Below are positions 56,727 to 64,000 of a stretch of 64,000 bases of DNA, one piece after another. Each line of letters begins with the position of its first letter. Within the stretch, counting starts at the first letter, position 1. The DNA is taken from the NCBI GenBank assembly GCA_964036045.1, contig OZ038378.1:194246001-194310000 (forward strand), given 5' to 3'. A program made the position numbers and the translations under genes. The stretch is from Eutreptiella sp. 'Long Island Sound 2002' (taxonomy: Eukaryota; Protista; Euglenida). The notes under the pieces are model-generated. The model had not been told where the DNA came from. It saw only the letters and a program-made list of their open reading frames with translations, and searched no databases.

Positions 56727-59700
56727 TTTCATTCCTCGTTGCCCCAGTGGCGTGGCAGACAGATTACAGGTGAGCTTCAAGTATACGTCCCGCCACCACG
56801 GGTGGTATGCGGCCCAGGTACCGCACGGGACAACATATGTTGTACTTACACTGTCATTTTTGATCCGGCCCGTCTGGCTGAGCACTTACGAAGGACTTGT
56901 GAGTCTGAGCCAAAAAAAAAAATTACATGACATGGAGGCGTGCAGCCCTTTACACCCTTGTGCTCTGCAAACATGCTACTGCCAAGCCCGTTGCTGAGGC
57001 TGCTGCCATCCCTTGTGCTGAACCCTCAGTCAAGGTGCAACCAAACCTGCCGCCAGGGTCGCAGGTAAGTCTGCAGCCAAGCCTGTGGCTGGAGAATTTT
57101 GCTATTTCGACTTATGCCCCCCCCTTTGGTGCCTCAGCGGTTTAAGGACCGGTTCAAGAGGGGGCCAGTCTTCACACAAGCCTGCATGTTGAGTTGTGGG
57201 ATTGGGTTGTGCATGCATGTGTGCTTTTATGCATATTGTTATCTGCTCCATTAGCTCGAGCTCCCCTGGTCTGTGATCAATCGGGACACGACTGGCACTT
57301 TCAATGGGCCTGGAACTGTTCCTTCCAATATTCCTGAGTTGCATTATTCTTCTTCATTTGCATTTACATCTGAGTTGCTGTATTGGGTGAGCATGCGAAT
57401 CAATGATTCAAATGTCGCATGTTCATTGGTGCTATTAGAGTTGTTGCCACATTGGGCTGTGGTTTTGGATTACCCTGTGCAAAGGGGTTTCATACTCATG
57501 TAAGTGCCTTTCCCTGAAGGGTGTGCCAAGAACACACATTGTAGGTGGGTTGGCATGGGCTCAAACCCACCTTCTCTGCTTCTTTTTGTTATCACAAGAT
57601 CTGTCAACAGCTCCAGCAGCAGCAAGCTTGGCAGCCATCTGTGATGTATGCAACGCCCTCATTCCCACATACCCGGAACAGAACTCAGGAGAAAGTTTGT
57701 GGGACGCCCTCAAGGCGTGTCAGTTGCATCCCGCTGCATCCCCTGGTGACAGTGTACAAGTCTCAAGTACACGTCCCACCATCCTCTGACGGCATGTGGG
57801 TCCTCCACACGGGATAATATATGTTGCATTTTAAGTGCCACACAGAGCCGGTCCGTCTGACCGAGCACTTATGAGGCACGGGTAAATCTGAGCAAAAAGA
57901 AAGTACATGGAACAGAACTCAACTCCTGTAGATTTGATTCACTCGCTCTTCTTTCAGAGGCTCATACCCTACCCCCTCCCTCGCGAGGACATTGTCTATG
58001 GCGGGGACATTCGGTCAATCAGAACCGACCATTGATCCCCTCGTGAGGACAGCACCCTTGTCAGAACAATATGGGGTGCTGTTTCTGCAACTTTTGAAAC
58101 CATTGGCTTTCGTGGCCCCATTTTCTGGTTGTTTATGAGGTCAAGTTTTTTTTCTTTGATTTGAAGCAAGGAATAGTATTGATTGCTAGGCTGCCACTTG
58201 TTGCCCATAGGTAGGATACGTCTTGCCCCATTCTGCTCCTTGCTTCAGTGCAGAGAATGTATAATGCTTGTTTTTGAGGCCAATTCAGGGTCCGATTCTG
58301 ATTTTCGTTCAGGGACAGACACCAGGTGTGATGGAGCCAGCTATGATGAGGTTTCTGAATCAGGTTCTGTGTCCGATTCAAGTTCCTTGTCAAATGCATC
58401 TTCCATTTCTTTGAACAGCAGTGGTCAGGCCAGGTGTTCTGGAGGACAACGGCATGTGGATCTTGTCTAGACATCAAGGATGTTTTGCTTTGCTCTCATT
58501 GCTCATGTCCTCACGGCGCACTCAAACAGCGCCCTTGGCAGATCAGGAGGGCCATTTATTGTCATTTGGTAACTCCTTCTTTGCATACAAATACTTATTG
58601 CTCTGGTGTTGTGCAATGCCACATTTGTCGCTCGTTCTTTGGGGCAAAGAGAGTGCCTTCTTTCATTTGTAATGACAAAATTGGAGGTGGCACCCAGGGG
58701 CACCACCGTTGGTTAGGGGGTCCATATAGAAGAAAAAAGTGGAATGTGACTTGCGTTCGAATTGACGTATAGTGGCAGCTACAGGCGAACCAAGTTTGGC
58801 CCACCACAATGCTAGCGGACCCAAAATGGTGCTCTCAGGACCAATATGCATTGGCCAATGATTCAGCGTATGCTTGCGTCATTGTATGCTTGCCTAATGC
58901 TTGCGGATATTTCGGTCCTGTAGCCACCAACTCATCCCGCAGCCATGCAATCACACTGAGATGCAAAACAATTGGTCTCAGAAATAACACCATTTGGCAG
59001 AGGGAGTGGTCATTGCACAAAGCAAACATTGCATATGCTAAAAAGCTAGCTGCAGCAATTTTACCATCGCATGCGGCGATGTTACAGCAATTCACGCACC
59101 TCCATTGCCACCTCGCGTCGCCGTATCATCGCGTGGAGGCGCCAAGGGACTCTTCCCCTTGACCACTACGACACACTGATGCAAACGTGCCACACCAGGA
59201 AGGAAAAGTTTTGGCTTCAATCCCTACGTACCTTGAGACATCGGTCAATGCAGGCACTCACACACGTTGCCACTCAACTACTAAGGGAAAACTGGTCAGC
59301 TGCGGAGGACCTGTTCCGAGCTGCCGTTGCCATCGTACATCACCTCAAAAAGCGCTCCCGGCCCTATGACACTGCAAACCCCAACCCAAAACGGACCTGC
59401 ACGCCCCGCACTGCCCCTCAACCCGAGACAGTGTGGCCTAATCCCTGAAGACAGGGACCAACCCCTCTACAGACTTGACATCTGACACTGGATTCTTGCA
59501 CTTGGCGGCGGTGTCGGCTGCGCGCCAGTTCCTATTTTTTCACCAACCCATGGCAGGTTGGCCCCCCTGTGGCGTCCTCCCCTTGTCTATTTTTTCCCCC
59601 ACAGGTGTGGAATGCCACTCCCCAGCGCGCCGTAACCCTGCCTGTGTTCTACTTCCCACCTTCGCCCTCTTCTGTGTGTCACCGATCACTCCACAGCAGC

Positions 59701-60784
59701 GCACTCAAACAGCGCCCTTGGCAGATCAGGAGGGCCATTTATTGTCATTTGTTAACTCCTTCTTTGCATACAAATACTTATTGCTCTGGTGTTGTGCAAT
59801 GCCACATTTGTCGCTCGTTCTTTGGGGCAAAGAGAGTGCCTTCTTTCATTTGTAGTGACAAAATTGGAGGTGGCACCCAGGGGCACCACTGTTGGTTAGG
59901 GGGTCCATAAAAAAGTGGAATGCGACTTGCGTCCGAATTGACGTATAGTAGCAGCTACAGGCGAACCAAGTTTGGCCCACCACAATGCTAGCGGACCTAA
60001 AATGGTGCTCTCAGGACCAATATGCATTGGCCAATGATTCAACGTATGCTTGTGTCATCGAATGCTTGCCTAATGCTTGCGGATATTTCGGTCCTGTAGC
60101 CACCAACTCATCCCGCAGCCATGCAATCACACTGAGATGCAAAACAATTGGTCTCAGAGATAACACCATTTGGCAGAGGGAGTGGTGATTGCACAAAGCA
60201 AACATTGCATATGCTAAAAAGCTAGGGCAACCGTTACCACCCCCCACCCCCCAACTGTGAGCACCAAAAGCGCTGAAAATGATGGAAACACCATCTCGCG
60301 CTCCAATTTGAAGCTGTCAACAAGAAGAGGTGCGTTCAAGAAAGTCCAAGAGCAGATGTCAAGAAGTTGGGAAGCGAATGATGGGATGTTGCATGTAGTT
60401 TGGAACAACCATTGGAGCATGGACCCGATGCTCTTGGCCGTCCCAACGCGCCTCTTGTGGTATACAAACCCCTGAACAACCACCGTAGCAGCTAGGACCA
60501 GCGGATTTACTCTAGTAGAAGAAAAAAGGGAGGCCCGCGTGACCTTACATGCTATACCCTGACAACACCATCCTTTTTGTCCCTTGTACCTTCGATAACC
60601 CCACCAACAGGGGCATGGGGAAGGTCTCTCTTCAAGGTGCCTGGCCGAAGGCAATAGAACTTCTACAACCCCAGAGATCTACACTACTTCTCTTACGGCA
60701 CCTTTTTTCGGTGGTGGTGTGCACTGTAGGGAGTACAGCTTCATGCCTGGTCATGGCCGTACCCCCCCTCCCCCTTGCGCAAGC

Positions 60785-60810
60785 ACTTTCTGAGTGTCTA
60801 TTTTTTTTCG
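60785..60810 (+). other. Full-length euglenid spliced-leader exon sequence in genomic DNA
   Basis: ACTTTCTGAGTGTCTATTTTTTTTCG is the 26-nt Euglena SL as I recall it. It is followed by a 14-nt UTR and ATG, not by a GT donor. Confidence 0.92.
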
Positions 60811-60824
60811 ATTTTATTTCGTCC

Positions 60825-61727
60825 ATGGCTGAGCTGTGGTTCCGGAGGAGGGCGATCCCTCTCTGGAAAGAAGTTCGGTCAATAGCCGAAGCCACGATGG
60901 AGAAAGAAGTGGACGCTCGGATTGTGTCCAACTCACTGACTACACCAACACTCCGGCAGCCGCTTCCGGACAACGGCGGGCCGCTGGCGGACTCTTCCAA
61001 GAGCATCCCACGAAGCATTGACAGGAGATGGCGGATGATACCAGGGGACGGCAGGATCGTCGGCAAGGCAAATGCCAAGGCCGACAGCCGGCCTCACGCT
61101 GATCTACTGCCGCAGAAGAGTTCTGACAAAATTCCCAATTTTATGCTGCAGTTTGGATACCCATTTGCACGGGACCCCAAAAACCCTCGAAGTGGGCACG
61201 GAGATCCTGAGCCCAATTCAGCTTTCAAGTTTGGTGACCATGACGTGCAGCACAATGCAGGAGACAACATACCTAATGAGCTGGAAGTGCAACGCAATGC
61301 AGGAGGCAACATTCTTAATGAGCTGGAGGTGCAGTGCACTGCAGGAGGCAGCATTCCTAATGAGCGAGAAGCGCAGCGCCATGCAGGAGGCAACATTCCT
61401 AATGAGCTGGAAGTGCAGCACGATGCAGGAGGCAACGTTCCTAATGAGCTGGAAGTGCGGCGCAATGCAGGAGGCGACATTCTTAATGAGCTGGAAGTGC
61501 AGCACAATGCAAGAGGCAACATTTCTAACGAGCTGGCAACAAGCCCCGCGCCCTGTCGCGGAGGGTCTCACTGGTGTTATGCCACCGGTGAGAACACGGA
61601 CCTATTCCCCTCCAAGCGCCCCGTCTTTGGATGTGTGAAGGATGGGTTTGACGTCATTATGAAGATCAGTAACACCCCAACCGACTGCCGCGACAGCCCA
61701 CAGGATCCGGGGGGAGGATTCAAATGA
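60825..61727 (+). CDS. 300-aa unknown protein with seven 14-aa repeats (retrogene)
   Basis: ATG 14 nt after the SL and an open frame to TGA at 61727, with repeats EVQHNAGGNIPNEL. No family recognised. Confidence 0.7.
   Translation: MAELWFRRRAIPLWKEVRSIAEATMEKEVDARIVSNSLTTPTLRQPLPDNGGPLADSSKSIPRSIDRRWRMIPGDGRIVGKANAKADSRPHADLLPQKSSDKIPNFMLQFGYPFARDPKNPRSGHGDPEPNSAFKFGDHDVQHNAGDNIPNELEVQRNAGGNILNELEVQCTAGGSIPNEREAQRHAGGNIPNELEVQHDAGGNVPNELEVRRNAGGDILNELEVQHNARGNISNELATSPAPCRGGSHWCYATGENTDLFPSKRPVFGCVKDGFDVIMKISNTPTDCRDSPQDPGGGFK
61242..61535 (+). repeat. In-frame 42-bp tandem repeat x7
   Basis: Units start at 61242, 61284, 61326, 61368, 61410, 61452 and 61494. Confidence 0.95.
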
Positions 61728-63130
61728 TCAATATTGAGAGGACTAATTGATTGTCTTGGACATGCGCGTAGTTGAGCCCCGTTGCTCGGTTGCATCTGGA
61801 CACCTGTCAGGAGCAGTGGCCGAATGCGGCTCCAGTGGAAATGTCACCGGCACTTCAGGAGTTAGATGATCAGTTTTGAGCCTGCTTCTTTTCAACATGC
61901 CGAGCCAACCAGGCAGTGAGTGACCAGTATATATAGATTTTACACTTTGTTTGATTACAGGCAGCCGAATTTGGTGCTTCAGGGCCCCTCCGGCCCTGAC
62001 CCCACTACCCGCGGTTTCTCTAAGTGTTGGCAACGACCTGTCAGCCTTCGCTCTCTCTGAGTGTCGCTGACGTTTGGGCAGGGGCGTAAAGCTTCCTATG
62101 GCCCGCTGTTGGATTCCCCAAGACCGAATGAGTGTCGGGGAGCACTGTAGAGCCTCTGCAACGCTTTTAAGCTTCACTTGTGGGTCTCCAGCCGGGGGAA
62201 CTCGGAAGGCATGATATTACATTATGTCAAGGTGCAATGATATCGAAGTTGAGATCTTCATGTTGAGGATCGCTTGAGGTAGACAATTTTGAGGTGCTAT
62301 AGTATTGTTGTTTCGTAAGCAGAGCAGACCTGTGAGCAGGTACACAAAGGAACATTCCAGTCGTGATTAATGCACAATACGAAGAACTGAACTTTGCGTG
62401 GCAATGACCGGTCGCCTGTGACACGGGGGCGTTCGGTAGCCAAGTATCCGTTGCTTCATGGCCCCAAGCAGAAGCCACAGTCAGCAGCCTCTGGAGTGGT
62501 ACAGAACTGGTTTGCGCTGCAGTGCAGCGAGGAAAAACACTGAACTATGTGGTGATGACCATGCGCCTGTGACACGGGGGCGTATGCGAGCCCAGTATCC
62601 GTTGCCTCATGGCCTTGCGCAAGCACGGCCTTGTCTAAGCACAGAGTGGTGAGAACAGTGATTTCCTGCCGGTGGGATACCGGGGGTGACGGCCATCGTC
62701 GGATTACGGCTAAGCATAGAGTGGGCGTTGAAACGCTGTTTTTAGGAACTTTTGGGACCACTGTTTTTGTCGTCCCAGATGTAAGATGGGGTTTAAAACC
62801 ATTCTACCACACATTGCAACCCATGTTTGTTTTGATGTGATTCTTAGCCAGTCCCGATATTCCCCTTCCACAGCCTGTCACTATCTGCATCTTCTGGAAA
62901 TGGGCGGTCATGTGTGTTTGTCATCATGTGTGTCGCACGCAAGCAAAGTGTTGTCTAAGCACCTAGTAGGTGTGAACCGCTGTTTAGCCTGGTTTTTTGG
63001 GACCACGGCTGTGCTTGCGCAGGGGGCGGGGGTTACATTCAACTAGAACCACTATCCTACAAGACCTTTGGGTATTTGGCCTACAGTCTATAATCCTGCT
63101 CCTTCGCGGGGCAATACATAGTTGATGGCT

Positions 63131-63552
63131 GTTCAAGTGTGCATTTCGCTTTTGGGCAGGTTGGGGCTTGAGTTTGGTGGGGCAGATCTTGCAGGTTTAT
63201 ATTGGAGAAATGCCCAGGAAAGGTGGTTGTCAACTGCAGTGCAATGATTTCCTCATTGGGTGCACGGTCAAAGGGTTGGAGTGCACTTCCAAAGTGCCTA
63301 GTGGTGTGACCCATGATACATTGGACAACACATCAATGTGCAACAATGCATGGCTGCAACCAACGCAGAAAGTTCCACAGACCTGCAGCGTAAAACTGCT
63401 TTCCAAGGTGGTGCAATTTTCACAATCATCTGACGCTTGACCTGTACATTGGCATCATACAGTCCCGAACAGTGGGGATTCCTTGCTGCACTAGGGCTGC
63501 ACCAGGGCCGCGTGCTAGAGTGGCAAACAGCCCTGAGCACTGATGTCGGCTA
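63131..63552 (-). other. 422-bp inversion relative to the other units
   Basis: Reverse complement of 15690-16111, with 2 bp lost at the breakpoints. Confidence 0.92.
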
Positions 63553-63626
63553 GTACAGGAGACGGTGGCCGCTTTCAGCATATCCCTACGGCAGAACCCA
63601 GATACAAGCCCTGTTGTTTACGTGTT

Positions 63627-63707
63627 GGGGGGAGCGTTAGTGCGCCAGGCCCACGCCAGGCATCTTTTTTGACCCGTGCCCCACCGGTGACCTTTTAGGG
63701 GGTGCGC
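63627..63707 (+). mobile_element. Orphan transposon left end upstream of eIF4E copy 4
   Basis: Matches 16189-16268. Confidence 0.8.
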
Positions 63708-63911
63708 ACTAAGTGCAGTGCGCGCGCAGTGCAACTATTTGGACGTCTAGCCATCCTAGAACCCCATACTTTGTGATACCTGCAAGATCTGCCCCACCAA
63801 ACTCAAGCCCCAACCTGCTCAAGAGCCAAATGCACACTTGAGCAAGTACAGGAGACAAGGAGACAGTGGCCGCTTTCATCATATCCCTGAGGCAAACCCC
63901 AGATACAAGCA

Positions 63912-64000
63912 ATGTTTTTTTCGTGTTGCATGCAATTGTGGGTTGAACGAAGTTGCTGCACAACATTTGCACATGTTGTCTCCAGTTCTCATAAGAGCTT
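63912..64000 (+). CDS. eIF4E: Start of the eIF4E-like ORF, copy 4 (only the upstream extension; cut by the window end)
   Basis: Sequence matches 16473-16561 and is preceded by the same orphan transposon left end. Confidence 0.6.
   Translation, partial: MFFSCCMQLWVERSCCTTFAHVVSSSHKS

Larger units (their letters stand above)
60785..62612 (+). other. 1.83-kb insertion starting with the SL (retroposed trans-spliced mRNA), flanked by a 12-14 bp duplication
   Basis: CCTTGCGCAAGC(AC) at 60773 and 62613. Empty site CCCCTTGCGCAAGCACGGCC at about 15183, 33620 and 46130. No poly(A) seen. Confidence 0.85.
1..64000 (+). repeat. Tandem array of at least 5 copies of an 11-20 kb mosaic unit (eIF4E-like gene plus nested TE debris)
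   Basis: Near-identical eIF4E ORF stops at 245, 17810, 37614 and 48757, and a fifth start at 63912. The same module order recurs, with copy-specific insertions and deletions. Confidence 0.95.

Noticed and set aside
282-57120. Copy-specific C/G homopolymer lengths as a regulatory switch
   Set aside because: Cannot be separated from long-read homopolymer error, and none lies within the eIF4E ORF.
60785-60900. SL RNA gene
   Set aside because: The SL exon is followed by a UTR and ATG, not by the GT-starting SL intron.
60549-61727. 392-aa ORF as a single gene
   Set aside because: The first 92 codons are flanking repeat plus SL read in frame by chance; the real start is probably 60825.
62052-62065. 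Second SL-like match CTCTCTGAGTGTCG
   Set aside because: 12/14 only, with no T tract or CG end; likely chance.

Overview
Eukaryotic repeat-rich DNA (moderately GC-rich, many C/G homopolymers), most likely from a euglenid, because an exact copy of the 26-nt Euglena-type spliced leader is present at 60785-60810. The window is a head-to-tail array of at least 5 copies of a large, structurally variable unit; spacings between copies are 17.6, 19.8, 11.1 and 16.5 kb. Each unit carries an intronless, atypical eIF4E-family ORF flanked by MITE-like elements, tandem dead non-LTR reverse-transcriptase fragments and orphan transposon ends. Comparing units exposes empty versus filled sites. These define (i) a family of GGGGG...CCCCC DNA transposons with 3-bp TSDs and 11-bp GCGCGC-core subterminal repeats in the same orientation at both ends, carrying either a PIF/Harbinger-type DDE transposase with a C-terminal Cys/His finger or a Tudor-like (plus Myb-like) accessory ORF; (ii) a retrocopy of a trans-spliced mRNA that kept its whole spliced leader; (iii) templated insertions flanked by 12-26 bp duplications, a hAT-like MITE and a clean 422-bp inversion. 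There is no evidence of prokaryotic systems or CRISPR. All protein family calls come from motif recognition by eye, not from database searches.
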